A stretch of DNA of 64,000 nucleotides, taken from a bacterium. GTDB taxonomy: Bacteria > Fidelibacterota > Marinisomatia > Marinisomatales > UBA1611. Position 1 is the stretch's first letter. Each line of letters begins with the position of its first letter. Shown here one piece after another: positions 49,782 to 58,878 of the stretch. Where the stretch lies: NCBI GenBank assembly GCA_038127595.1, contig JAYPIC010000001.1, positions 19,399-83,398 of the forward strand, in the 5' to 3' direction. Both the position numbers and the translations under genes were made by a program. The notes under the pieces were generated by a model. That model was not told the origin of the DNA. It worked only from the letters and a program-made list of their open reading frames with translations, and ran no database searches.

Positions 49782-50983
49782 TGAAAATTTTCTCATTATA
49801 TATTTTTTTAATTAGTGTTGTATTTTCTCAAAATAAAAATCCTATAGTGCTTATTCACGGTTTTTTTGGTTGGGGGAATGAAGAGTTAGGAGATTATAAA
49901 TATTGGGGTGGTAAAAAAGATATTCAAAGAATGTTGGAGAGTCATGGATACAAGGTAATTAATGTTTCTGTTGGTCCTATTTCGTCAAATTGGGATAGGG
50001 CTATAGAAGTATATTACCAATTAAAAGGTGGGCAAGTTGATTACGGCTTAAGTCACTCAGAAAAATATGGTTTAACTCAAAAACCACATGATAAAAAATA
50101 TGAAGGTTTATACAGGGAGTGGGGTAGCGAAAACCCAGTACATTTAATTGGCCACAGTATGGGTGGGCAAACCGCAAGGATGCTTCAATACCTACTGGAA
50201 AATGAATTTTATGTTGATGACAGTTTGGGATTGAAAGAAGATTCTAAATTATTGGGTAGTTCAAATAGGGGTTGGATAAAAAGTATTACATCTATAGCAA
50301 CGCCTCATGATGGAAGTACATTAGCAGATATTGTCACAAAAACTTTTCCCTTCATACAATACTTTATTGGTCTTGCAGGGGTAGTTGGAACAAATTTTTA
50401 TGATTTTGATCTTAGTCAATGGGATATAAAAAGAAACACTGGTGAAACCTGGTCAAAATATGTTCAAAGGATGAGAGGGCACGATGCTTGGAATACAAAA
50501 AATATAAGTTCTTGGGATTTGAGTTTAGACGGGGCTGCAGAGCTAAATACCTATCTAAATGCTAGTTCTAATGTTTTTTATTTTTCATATACTTTTTCAG
50601 CTACTTCAAAAAATAGAGTGACTGGATATCATACTCCTGATAAAGATGTTTTTTTATTAATACGTTCAAGAGCGAAACTAATTGGATCTAGAGTAGTGTT
50701 TACCGATAATGGAAGTGCAACAGATTCAACTTGGTGGGAGAATGATGGTATAGTTAATTCTAGATCGATGAGGGGCCCTACCACAGGAAATAATGGAGCA
50801 GATCTCATAGTAGAGTATCAACCTTCTAAACCACTTATGAAAGGGCGATGGTATACCTTTGAACCCATAAAACTAGATCATTACCAGAGCGTAGGTCATA
50901 TGATATCAAGAGAAAAAAGAACTATATTAGATTCAATGTTTGTAAATCACGCAAAACTGCTTTGGTCTCTTCCTAAAGACTAA
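49781..50983 (+). CDS. Secreted triacylglycerol lipase, Bacillus/Staphylococcus-type (family I.5/I.6-like)
   Basis: Signal peptide (ISVVFS/QN). NPIVLIHGFFGWGNEELGDYKYWGG ... VGPISSNWDRAIEVYYQLKGGQVDYG closely follows the Geobacillus/Staphylococcus lipase N-terminal pattern. Nucleophile elbow GHSMGGQTAR; NDGIVN near the C-terminus. Confidence 0.85.
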   Translation: MKIFSLYIFLISVVFSQNKNPIVLIHGFFGWGNEELGDYKYWGGKKDIQRMLESHGYKVINVSVGPISSNWDRAIEVYYQLKGGQVDYGLSHSEKYGLTQKPHDKKYEGLYREWGSENPVHLIGHSMGGQTARMLQYLLENEFYVDDSLGLKEDSKLLGSSNRGWIKSITSIATPHDGSTLADIVTKTFPFIQYFIGLAGVVGTNFYDFDLSQWDIKRNTGETWSKYVQRMRGHDAWNTKNISSWDLSLDGAAELNTYLNASSNVFYFSYTFSATSKNRVTGYHTPDKDVFLLIRSRAKLIGSRVVFTDNGSATDSTWWENDGIVNSRSMRGPTTGNNGADLIVEYQPSKPLMKGRWYTFEPIKLDHYQSVGHMISREKRTILDSMFVNHAKLLWSLPKD

Positions 50984-51002
50984 TATTTTATAAATAGAAA
51001 AT

Positions 51003-51021
51003 TAGTTGTAATATACAACTA
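51003..51021. promoter_or_regulatory. Perfect palindrome TAGTTGTA-ATA-TACAACTA abutting the MarR start codon (candidate autoregulatory operator)
   Basis: 8-bp arms at 51003-51010 and 51014-51021 are exact reverse complements. The right arm ends on the A of the marR ATG (51021). Confidence 0.3.
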
Positions 51022-51443
51022 TGAATCAAGGTGAACTTTTTACTGCTTTTCTTGTTGATTTACAAAGAATTTTCAGAACAGAAGTAGTCCCCAAGAATTT
51101 ATCCTACAGTCAAGTTTTAGCTATTATTATCATTCCTGATGACGGGATCGAGATGTCCGAATTAGCGAGAGCACTTGGTCTAGAAAATAGTAGTGTAACT
51201 AGACTTATCGCTCGTTTAGAGCGTAATAATTATGTTACAAGAAAAAAAAGTGAAGCAGATAGAAGATCAATTAATGTTTTTTTAGATCAAAAAGGCTCCA
51301 TGTTGCAAACTGATATTGAAAAAAAAATAGATAAAATTGGTAATCAAATATTTTTAAAAAATAATCAGGTTGAGAAAGAATTATTTTTAGAAAATTTATC
51401 ATTATTCCAATGGTCTTTGAAGAAGACATTTCTAAAAAAATAA
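51021..51443 (+). CDS. MarR-family transcriptional regulator
   Basis: Winged-helix segment MSELARALGLENSSVTRLIARLERNNYVTRKKSEADRRSINVFL; 140 aa. Confidence 0.8.
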   Translation: MNQGELFTAFLVDLQRIFRTEVVPKNLSYSQVLAIIIIPDDGIEMSELARALGLENSSVTRLIARLERNNYVTRKKSEADRRSINVFLDQKGSMLQTDIEKKIDKIGNQIFLKNNQVEKELFLENLSLFQWSLKKTFLKK

Positions 51444-52507
51444 AGAGTAACCCCGTGCAGTTATCAGCTTTTTTATTAGACTGGTTTGATAAAAATAAAA
51501 GAGAGCTACCATTTCGAAAAAATAGAAGTGTATATAGTATTTGGGTTTCAGAGGTAATGTTGCAACAAACTAAGGTAGATATTGTTATCCCATATTTTAA
51601 TTCATGGATGAAAAAATTTCCTAACATAAAGTCTGTAGCAGAAGCATCTGAGGAAAATATTCTAAAATCTTGGGAAGGCCTAGGGTATTATTCTAGATGT
51701 AGGAATTTTCACAAAGCTGCTAAAATAATTGTAAATGATTATGGTTCAAAAATTCCTGAGGATTGGGACAATTTCAGGTCACTCCCTGGAGTTGGTGACT
51801 ACACTGCTGGAGCTGTGCTTTCAATTGCTCTTAATAAGAACTATTTGGCAATTGATGGCAATGTTAAAAGAGTTGTTTCTCGAATTACAAGAAGAAAAAA
51901 ATTGAGCAAATATAATTTGAATTACATAAGATCTTTTTTATCAAAGAATATAGATATAATTAGAACTGGGGATTTTAACGAAGCTATTATGGAACTAGGG
52001 GCTTGCATATGTTTACCTAGGTTGCCTAAGTGCAGACAATGCCCTCTTAATTCGTTTTGTGCTGGTTACAAAAGTGGGACCCCAAGTAATTATCCTCAAA
52101 AATCAGTTACTAAAAAAGTCCCTGTGCGTACTTTTGTAGGAGGTATAATTAGATTTAAGGATAGGATTTTGATCCAAAAAAGAGATAGCCAAATGTTGAA
52201 TGGTCTTTGGGAAATTCCTATGAAACAAGTAACTCTAGATAGCAATTATATTTTTGATTTTAAAAAATATATATTTGATAAATATGGATACATAATAAGT
52301 TTTAAAAAGATTATATCCGAAGTTGAACATGTATACTCGCATTTTAAAATGAAATTAATTGTCATGGATTTTATTATTTGTGATAATGTCAGAAACACTG
52401 GAAATTCTTTTTCTTGGATTTCTAAAAGAGATATTGACCGTTACGCTTTTCATAGAGCAAATCATAAGGTGTTTAAATTATTTAAGAGTTTTAATTGGGA
52501 TGTTTAG
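51410..52507 (+). CDS. mutY: A/G-specific adenine DNA glycosylase
   Basis: LLDWFDKNKRELPFR, WVSEVMLQQTKV, HhH GLGYYSRCRNF / LPGVGDYTAGAV, the 4Fe-4S loop C-x6-C-x2-C-x5-C (CLPRLPKCRQCPLNSFC), and a NUDIX-like C-terminus. ATG 51410 overlaps marR by 34 nt; GTG 51455 is an alternative start. Confidence 0.9.
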   Translation: MVFEEDISKKIKSNPVQLSAFLLDWFDKNKRELPFRKNRSVYSIWVSEVMLQQTKVDIVIPYFNSWMKKFPNIKSVAEASEENILKSWEGLGYYSRCRNFHKAAKIIVNDYGSKIPEDWDNFRSLPGVGDYTAGAVLSIALNKNYLAIDGNVKRVVSRITRRKKLSKYNLNYIRSFLSKNIDIIRTGDFNEAIMELGACICLPRLPKCRQCPLNSFCAGYKSGTPSNYPQKSVTKKVPVRTFVGGIIRFKDRILIQKRDSQMLNGLWEIPMKQVTLDSNYIFDFKKYIFDKYGYIISFKKIISEVEHVYSHFKMKLIVMDFIICDNVRNTGNSFSWISKRDIDRYAFHRANHKVFKLFKSFNWDV

Positions 52508-53207
52508 AGCAATTATTTCATTAATTCTATGGCCATTGTGGTTTGCGTATTTATTAGTCATATTCCCAATTTTTTTGGTTTATACTATAGTTGTAAATAA
52601 ACAATATTTTCATTATTTCTTAAGTCCAATGTCCTATCTATTTTGTCTTCTAGGCGGTCAATTAGTAAAGAAAACTGGGCTAACACCTGATCCAGAAGGA
52701 GGCCCTTATTTATATTTAATTAATCATCAATCTCTCTTCGACCATTTTGCATTGGGTAAATATATGAATCATTATGTTACGGCTGTTGCCAAACAAGAGC
52801 ACCTTAGTTATCCGCTCTGGGGGCAAGTAGCAAGGTCGTATGGAATAGTTCCTATAAATAGAGCAAATATTAAAAAGGCTTTATCAAGCTTAAAAGTTGT
52901 TGAAAAAGCAATAATGAATGAAAAGACATCTTTCCTTATTGCTCCAGAAGGTACAAGATCAAAAGATGGTAAATTAGGAATTTTTAAAAAAGGAGCATTT
53001 CACATTGCAAAAAACACAGGTGTAAAAATTATCCCAGTTATTATTGATGGTGCATATAAGGCTAAAAATGTTGGGGATTGGAGGCTAACTCCAGGTGTAA
53101 TAAACATTCATTTTTCTGATATAATTGATCAAGAATTGTATAAAGATATGACGGTTGAAGAGCTAAGAGATTATACTATTGATCAATATAAAACCATTCT
53201 AGAATAG
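52500..53207 (+). CDS. plsC: 1-acyl-sn-glycerol-3-phosphate acyltransferase
   Basis: H-x4-D block (INHQSLFD), FLIAPEGTRS, and IPVIIDG. Start re-set to ATG 52500 (MFRAIISL...), overlapping the mutY stop. Confidence 0.85.
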   Translation: MFRAIISLILWPLWFAYLLVIFPIFLVYTIVVNKQYFHYFLSPMSYLFCLLGGQLVKKTGLTPDPEGGPYLYLINHQSLFDHFALGKYMNHYVTAVAKQEHLSYPLWGQVARSYGIVPINRANIKKALSSLKVVEKAIMNEKTSFLIAPEGTRSKDGKLGIFKKGAFHIAKNTGVKIIPVIIDGAYKAKNVGDWRLTPGVINIHFSDIIDQELYKDMTVEELRDYTIDQYKTILE

Positions 53208-53214
53208 TTATGTA

Positions 53215-53616
53215 ATGAGTATTTTAAATTTTAATAATATTGAAATTTCGCAGATTTTAGTATCTATATTTTTTTTAATTGTTTTTTTTCAATCAAGCTT
53301 AGATAAAATAAATGATAGAGAAGGTAATTTGAAGTTTTTCAATCATCACTTTAAAGGAACCTTTTTTCAAAATTACACATTAATATCTCTTAACTTTTTG
53401 GCATTATTAGAAATTACTTCCGCTTTTTTATGCTGTTTTGGGATTTTTTACAAACTTTCATATCATGATTCGATTTTCATATATTATGGATTGCTTATGA
53501 TTGCTATTGTTTTATTGTCATTATTACTCGGACAGCGATTAGCCAAAGACTATGCTGGCGCTGCAGATATCACTATTTATTTTATTTTATGTATTGTTAC
53601 AATTTTGAGCTTTTAA
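53215..53616 (+). CDS. Small four-TM membrane protein (DoxX-like)
   Basis: 133 aa with four hydrophobic helices. The resemblance to the DoxX family is weak. Confidence 0.4.
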   Translation: MSILNFNNIEISQILVSIFFLIVFFQSSLDKINDREGNLKFFNHHFKGTFFQNYTLISLNFLALLEITSAFLCCFGIFYKLSYHDSIFIYYGLLMIAIVLLSLLLGQRLAKDYAGAADITIYFILCIVTILSF

Positions 53617-53632
53617 ATAAGGGATTAGAGTT

Positions 53633-54976
53633 ATGGATAAATCTATTACGAAAAAAATGATTAATAATTATCAGGAAGAGTGCAATAACAGCGTAAAAAT
53701 AAAGCTTTCTCGCAATGCTGCAACCCATAACGAGGTTACAGATCTAGCTATGGACTGGGATGAGTTTAGAAAAATAGACCATTCATTTTCAGAAACAATT
53801 ACTGGGGAAATGAAGATAACTAACCAAAAATCTAGCGGAAGATGTTGGGGATTTGCGGGATTGAATCTTTTTAGGGTTTATCTTGGAAGAAAGCATAACA
53901 TTCGCAATTTTGAATTTTCTCAAACATATTTCATGTTTTGGGATAAATTAGAAAAATCAAATTATTTTTTAAACAGTATCATCAGCACTGCTAATAGCTC
54001 TTGGAATAGTCGCATAATTATGCACTTATTAGACAACCCGATACAAGATGGTGGTCAATGGGACATGTGGGTGAATCTGATTAATAAGTATGGAGTTGTT
54101 CCAAAATCTGAAATGCCTGAGACTTATCAATCTAGTCGCTCTATGCGAATGAATAGAATGATAACTAGAAAACTTCGTGAATTTGCAAAGGAACTAAGAG
54201 ATGCTATAAAAAATAATATAGATGAAGAAAACTTATTTAATATGAAAGATGATATGTTAAATGTGGTCTATAAAATGTTAGTCATTCATCTAGGGGCTCC
54301 TCCAAATAAGTTTACATGGCAAATTAGAGACAAGAAGAAAAATTTTCTTCGGTTCGAGAACTTAACTCCTCAAAGTTTTTTTAGTAAACATGTGGGCCTT
54401 AACCTTAACGACTTAGTTTGTCTAATTAATTGTCCGATGTCAGATAAATCATATAAAAAAGTCTATAGTGTGGAACATCTTGGAAATGTTATTGAAGGCC
54501 AACCAATTAGATATTTAAATACAAAAATTGAAATACTAAAAAAAGCAGCTATTCAATCTATAAAAAATGATGATCCTGTGTGGTTTGGATGTGATGTTGG
54601 TAAATATCTGCACCGGTCTCATGGTGTAATGGATACTGATCTATTTGATTTTGATTTATTTTATGATACGCAATTTACAATGGACAAAGCTACACGATTG
54701 GAGTATGGCGAAAGCAAAATGACACATGCTATGCTGTTTACTGGTGTGGACCTAGATTTAAATGGCAATCCTGTAAAATGGCGAGTTGAAAATAGTTGGG
54801 GTGATCGAAATGGTGAAAAAGGGTTTTATATAATGTCAGATAAATGGTTTGATGAGTTTTTATATGAAGTTGTTGTAGATAAAAAATATTTAGAAGACGA
54901 GTATGTAAAATTATACGAAATAGAGGAAGCTCAATTATTGCCTCCTTGGGACCCAATGGGGGCTCTAGCAAAGTAA
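53633..54976 (+). CDS. pepC: Aminopeptidase C / bleomycin hydrolase (peptidase C1B)
   Basis: Catalytic Cys context NQKSSGRCWGFAGLN, THAMLFTGVD (His), and VENSWG (Asn); about 447 aa, typical of C1B. Confidence 0.9.
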   Translation: MDKSITKKMINNYQEECNNSVKIKLSRNAATHNEVTDLAMDWDEFRKIDHSFSETITGEMKITNQKSSGRCWGFAGLNLFRVYLGRKHNIRNFEFSQTYFMFWDKLEKSNYFLNSIISTANSSWNSRIIMHLLDNPIQDGGQWDMWVNLINKYGVVPKSEMPETYQSSRSMRMNRMITRKLREFAKELRDAIKNNIDEENLFNMKDDMLNVVYKMLVIHLGAPPNKFTWQIRDKKKNFLRFENLTPQSFFSKHVGLNLNDLVCLINCPMSDKSYKKVYSVEHLGNVIEGQPIRYLNTKIEILKKAAIQSIKNDDPVWFGCDVGKYLHRSHGVMDTDLFDFDLFYDTQFTMDKATRLEYGESKMTHAMLFTGVDLDLNGNPVKWRVENSWGDRNGEKGFYIMSDKWFDEFLYEVVVDKKYLEDEYVKLYEIEEAQLLPPWDPMGALAK

Positions 54977-54983
54977 ATTAAAT

Positions 54984-56864
54984 ATGGATGCAAAAATATA
55001 CTGGTTATTGGCGTTCGTAGGACTCTATTGGTCCTATTGTATTTTTTGGGGCATTAAAGGCGCAATTACTTCTAAAACCTCTGAAGATTATTTTGTAGCA
55101 GGTAGATCAATAGGAACCTGGGTATTTGTACTTGCAGCAACTGCAACTAGTTTTTCAGGATGGACATTTGTTGGGCATCCGGGGAAAATACTTACAGATG
55201 GTCTACCATATGCATTTGCTTCATTTTATGCACTTACAATACCATTTACTGGAGTTCTTTTTTTGAGAAGACAATGGGTGCTTGGAAGAGTTTATAATTA
55301 TGTAACTCCAGGAGAAATGTATTCTGATTATTACGGCGGTAATTCAATGAGAGCGTTAACAGTATTAGTTGCATTTCTATTTTCTGTCCCATATTTGGGT
55401 ATTCAACTTCGAGCATCTGGAGCATTATTTAATGTCCTCACTGATGGTTTAATTTCAACTAATTTAGGTATGATATTATTATCTGCAGTAGTAGTTATCT
55501 ATGTTGCTTCAGGAGGATTAAAATCGGTTGCTTATGTTGACTGTGCTCAAGCAATTTTGTTAGCATTAGGTATAATAGTACTTGGAGTTATTACGATAAA
55601 ATGGATTGGTGGATGGAATTTATTCACCGAGGGGATTGGCGTTTTAGTTAAAAATGATTTAATAAGTGGTAATCGATTAACATTACAGGGTTTTTCTAGT
55701 AGAGTGGCGATGCCGGGTTCTATTCAAATTGTTTCATCAGGTTCAAATGCAGTAGGTGGTATATGGACTGGTATGATGTGTATGACATACATGTTTGCTT
55801 TAATGGGCATACAGTCTTCACCGGCATTTTCAATGTGGGCCTATGCAAATAAAACCTCTAAACCCTTTAGATGGCAGCAAGTAGTTGCTTCATCAATCGT
55901 TATCGGTATCATTTTATTTACATTTACTATCATTCAAGGGATGGGCGCTGATGTCTTAGTATTAAATGGAATTTTTGAGACAATATCGGATAGTACTTTA
56001 GTACCAAAGTTAATTAATCTAATGTCTGAATCAGCACCATGGTTAGTAGGGCTTTTAGCTGTCTGTGCCCTCGCAGCAATGCAAAGCACAGGATCTGCTT
56101 ATATGTCAACTTTTAGTGCAATGATAACTAGAGACATATATAAAAATTATATTGATGAAGAAGTAACTGAAGATAGACAAAAGTTCATAGGACGTTTATT
56201 TGTAGTTGTTGTAGCAGTTGCGGCATTGGTTGTTGCGATAGTTTCTACAGACGCTTTGGTAATGTTAGGCGGTCTTGCGGTAGCTTATGGATTTCAGATG
56301 TATCCAGCGCTTTTTGGGAACCTTTATTGTAAATGGATTTCTAAAACAGGGGTTACTATGGGTTTAATTGCTGGACTTTTGGCTGTTACTTTAACAGATA
56401 AGATGTCTAGTATATTTCCTTTACCATGGGGAGCTTATCCTCTTACTATACACTCTGCAGGGTGGGGGATATTTTTTAATATAATTTTTACAGGCTTTGG
56501 TTCTTATTTTTTCCCAGATAGTGATCAAAAAAATTTAGATAAAGAAAAAAGGCATGCATTTTTATCTGAAGTTGCAGGAGTGCCAGCGTCAAAGAAAAAA
56601 TTAGTTCCTTTAGCATATTGTCTTGTCATATTTTGGTTCTTATTTGGGTTTGGCCCTTTTGCGATGATTGGCAACACTTTATTTTCCGACCCAAACATAC
56701 CTGCTACTTGGGCACCATTTAATTTGCCATCAATATGGATATGGCAATTAGTTTTTTTATTTTTCGGAATTTTTGTGATGTGGTTTTTAGCTTTTTATAT
56801 GGGTTTTTCAAAGCCTATTCCTTCTAAAAAGTTAGAGAATACATTTAATAATTATTTTAAGTAA
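54984..56864 (+). CDS. Sodium:solute symporter (SSF) family transporter
   Basis: At least 13 TM helices; N-terminal pattern YFVAGRSIGTWVFVLAATATSFSGWTFVG is typical of SSF. Starts 7 nt after pepC. Confidence 0.85.
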   Translation: MDAKIYWLLAFVGLYWSYCIFWGIKGAITSKTSEDYFVAGRSIGTWVFVLAATATSFSGWTFVGHPGKILTDGLPYAFASFYALTIPFTGVLFLRRQWVLGRVYNYVTPGEMYSDYYGGNSMRALTVLVAFLFSVPYLGIQLRASGALFNVLTDGLISTNLGMILLSAVVVIYVASGGLKSVAYVDCAQAILLALGIIVLGVITIKWIGGWNLFTEGIGVLVKNDLISGNRLTLQGFSSRVAMPGSIQIVSSGSNAVGGIWTGMMCMTYMFALMGIQSSPAFSMWAYANKTSKPFRWQQVVASSIVIGIILFTFTIIQGMGADVLVLNGIFETISDSTLVPKLINLMSESAPWLVGLLAVCALAAMQSTGSAYMSTFSAMITRDIYKNYIDEEVTEDRQKFIGRLFVVVVAVAALVVAIVSTDALVMLGGLAVAYGFQMYPALFGNLYCKWISKTGVTMGLIAGLLAVTLTDKMSSIFPLPWGAYPLTIHSAGWGIFFNIIFTGFGSYFFPDSDQKNLDKEKRHAFLSEVAGVPASKKKLVPLAYCLVIFWFLFGFGPFAMIGNTLFSDPNIPATWAPFNLPSIWIWQLVFLFFGIFVMWFLAFYMGFSKPIPSKKLENTFNNYFK

Positions 56865-56918
56865 AGAATAATGACATTTTCTTTCATTCTGCAATAAAGA
56901 ATAAATATATTTAGACTA

Positions 56919-58307
56919 ATGGATACAAATAAAAAAAATGAAGCTAGTTCGTCATCTCTTGATGACATAGAAAAAAAAATACATGCTAATCAGGTTCTGT
57001 ATGATCAACTTCATCAGTCCTTAGTTGATGAATCTTTAGCTCAGGCGGATGAAGATGAGAAGAGTTTAGCCAATAGCAAATCTGAAATAGGTACTGAGGA
57101 AACTGTTTTTTCTAAATTATCAAATTATTACCAGTCAAATGAATTATTTAGATATGCTATTTGGGGGTTTGGCGCTGTATTTTTTGCAACAACTATTTTA
57201 ACGATTATTGAGTATCCTCTTTTTAGCGGAAGTGTAAAAGATGATGTTGGCGATGGTTTTATGTTTGGTGGTAGTGAGCCGAACTGGATAGATACATTTT
57301 TTCATACTTTTTGGTGGGCAGTAGTAACCTTTACTACTGTAGGGTATGGTGATGTAAGCCCTGAAACACATTTAGGAAAATTTTTAACTATAATTATAAT
57401 GATTTTAAATCTAGGCATTGTTACAATGCTTACAGGTGCTGTTTCTTCAGTTTTAGTAGCAGCGCGTTTGAAAGGAGATGATAAATTGGACGAAACTAAA
57501 TTTCATGGACATTTAATCATAGCTGGTTGGAATTCTGCAGTGCAATCAGCGCTTAGATTGGTTGAGGCAAATGAGGATTCTACTTCTGTTGTGATTTTAA
57601 TTAATGAGACAGAAGAGGAAATAATTAAAAGAGCAATTTCTGGTTTTGATCGATTAGATATAACGCACTTGTCAGAGAATTTTACTCAAGAAGGAGTATT
57701 AAAAAAAGCGTATATTGAAGAGTGTGGTACATTTATGATAGTTCCAGATGAATCTGGACTGCTTCCAAACGAAAAGCCCGATGAGGATAAAACAGTTTTA
57801 ACAGCTCTTACTGCGAAATCCATACTAGAGGACATTCAGGTTGTAGCATATATTTTAGACGAAGAGTACATTTCTCATTTGCATAGAGCAAATGTAAACG
57901 AGATAGTCTTTCCTGACGAACACATTCCGCATATGTTAGCCAAGCATGTTACCGATCCGGGTGTCCCACAACTTTTTGATGAACTTATTACACAGGAAAA
58001 ACAGGATAAAGGCATTCAGGTTGTACCCATTCCAAAAGGATTGGTTGGTTTAACGCACAATAAAGTTTCAGCATATTACAAATTCAAACATAAATGGCTA
58101 TTGGTAGGATATGCAATTAAGAAAGCTGGATTTAGTCTTGAAGAGCAAATGGGTGAGAGTGGTAGTCCTATTATTAGAGACATGATTAAAGAACAGCTAG
58201 ATGGTGCAGGAATAAAGTTGTCAAGTGATGAGCATGTAATTGTTGAGATCAACCCTGATGATGAATATGTCATTGATGGGAAACATAAAGCTTTAGTATT
58301 GAGGTAA
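56919..58307 (+). CDS. Two-TM potassium channel with C-terminal RCK/TrkA-N-like domain
   Basis: Selectivity filter TFTTVGYGD between two TM helices. The downstream Rossmann-like gating domain starts HLIIAGWNSAVQSALRLV (degenerate GxGxxG), as in MthK-type channels. Long acidic N-terminal extension. Confidence 0.8.
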   Translation: MDTNKKNEASSSSLDDIEKKIHANQVLYDQLHQSLVDESLAQADEDEKSLANSKSEIGTEETVFSKLSNYYQSNELFRYAIWGFGAVFFATTILTIIEYPLFSGSVKDDVGDGFMFGGSEPNWIDTFFHTFWWAVVTFTTVGYGDVSPETHLGKFLTIIIMILNLGIVTMLTGAVSSVLVAARLKGDDKLDETKFHGHLIIAGWNSAVQSALRLVEANEDSTSVVILINETEEEIIKRAISGFDRLDITHLSENFTQEGVLKKAYIEECGTFMIVPDESGLLPNEKPDEDKTVLTALTAKSILEDIQVVAYILDEEYISHLHRANVNEIVFPDEHIPHMLAKHVTDPGVPQLFDELITQEKQDKGIQVVPIPKGLVGLTHNKVSAYYKFKHKWLLVGYAIKKAGFSLEEQMGESGSPIIRDMIKEQLDGAGIKLSSDEHVIVEINPDDEYVIDGKHKALVLR

Positions 58308-58311
58308 AGAT

Positions 58312-58875
58312 ATGGGTGTTAGTGCTAGTCAAATACAAAAAATAAATTATTTTAGTAAAGTTCCAGAAGAATTTTGCTCTCAAATTGCTAAGGCGGTAGT
58401 TGAAGAAAATTGTCCTCCTGGCACTGTGCTGCTTAAAGAAGGTGAAGCGGGAGATACAATGCTTTTAATTTTTCAAGGCCAAGTTGAAGTATCTAAAAAT
58501 ATGATGGTTAAAGCTTCTAGCGGGTTTACTATGTCAACTAAGTCAATAATAAGATTAGAAACTACAGACCCTGCGCCATCAAATGACCCTATTACTCAAC
58601 CAACTGTATCAGTGGTAAAGGCTCCTGCTTTTGGTATAGGAGAATTTTCTTTAGTCCTTGATGACGCTAAGCGAACATCACATGTCACAGCAATGACAGA
58701 TGTAAAATATGGAATTTTAAGTTTAGAAGATTTCTCAAGGATAGTAGATAAAAACCCTTCAATTGGGGGGCCGGTATATTTTGAGGTAGCAAAGTCCGCA
58801 GTGAATAACTTAGCTACTGCAACTCAAGATATATCTAATTTGACTCAGGCATTCTTTTTTGCTTTAACTAAATAA
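58312..58875 (+). CDS. Stand-alone cyclic-nucleotide-binding (CNB) domain protein
   Basis: FFSKVPEEFCSQIAKAVVEENCPPGTVLLKEGEAGDTMLLIFQGQVEV followed by the phosphate-binding-cassette-like FGIGEFSLVLDDAKRTSHVTAMTD. A roughly 40-aa insertion separates the two. GAGG RBS; 4-nt gap from the channel gene. Confidence 0.65.
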   Translation: MGVSASQIQKINYFSKVPEEFCSQIAKAVVEENCPPGTVLLKEGEAGDTMLLIFQGQVEVSKNMMVKASSGFTMSTKSIIRLETTDPAPSNDPITQPTVSVVKAPAFGIGEFSLVLDDAKRTSHVTAMTDVKYGILSLEDFSRIVDKNPSIGGPVYFEVAKSAVNNLATATQDISNLTQAFFFALTK

Positions 58876-58878
58876 TTA

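Noticed and set aside
56919-58875. CNB-domain protein plus membrane channel considered as a Pycsar/CBASS-like cyclic-nucleotide defence effector pair.
   Set aside because: No nucleotide cyclase (PycC/CD-NTase) is nearby. The membrane partner is a bona fide K+ channel with an intact selectivity filter, and the flanking genes are housekeeping.
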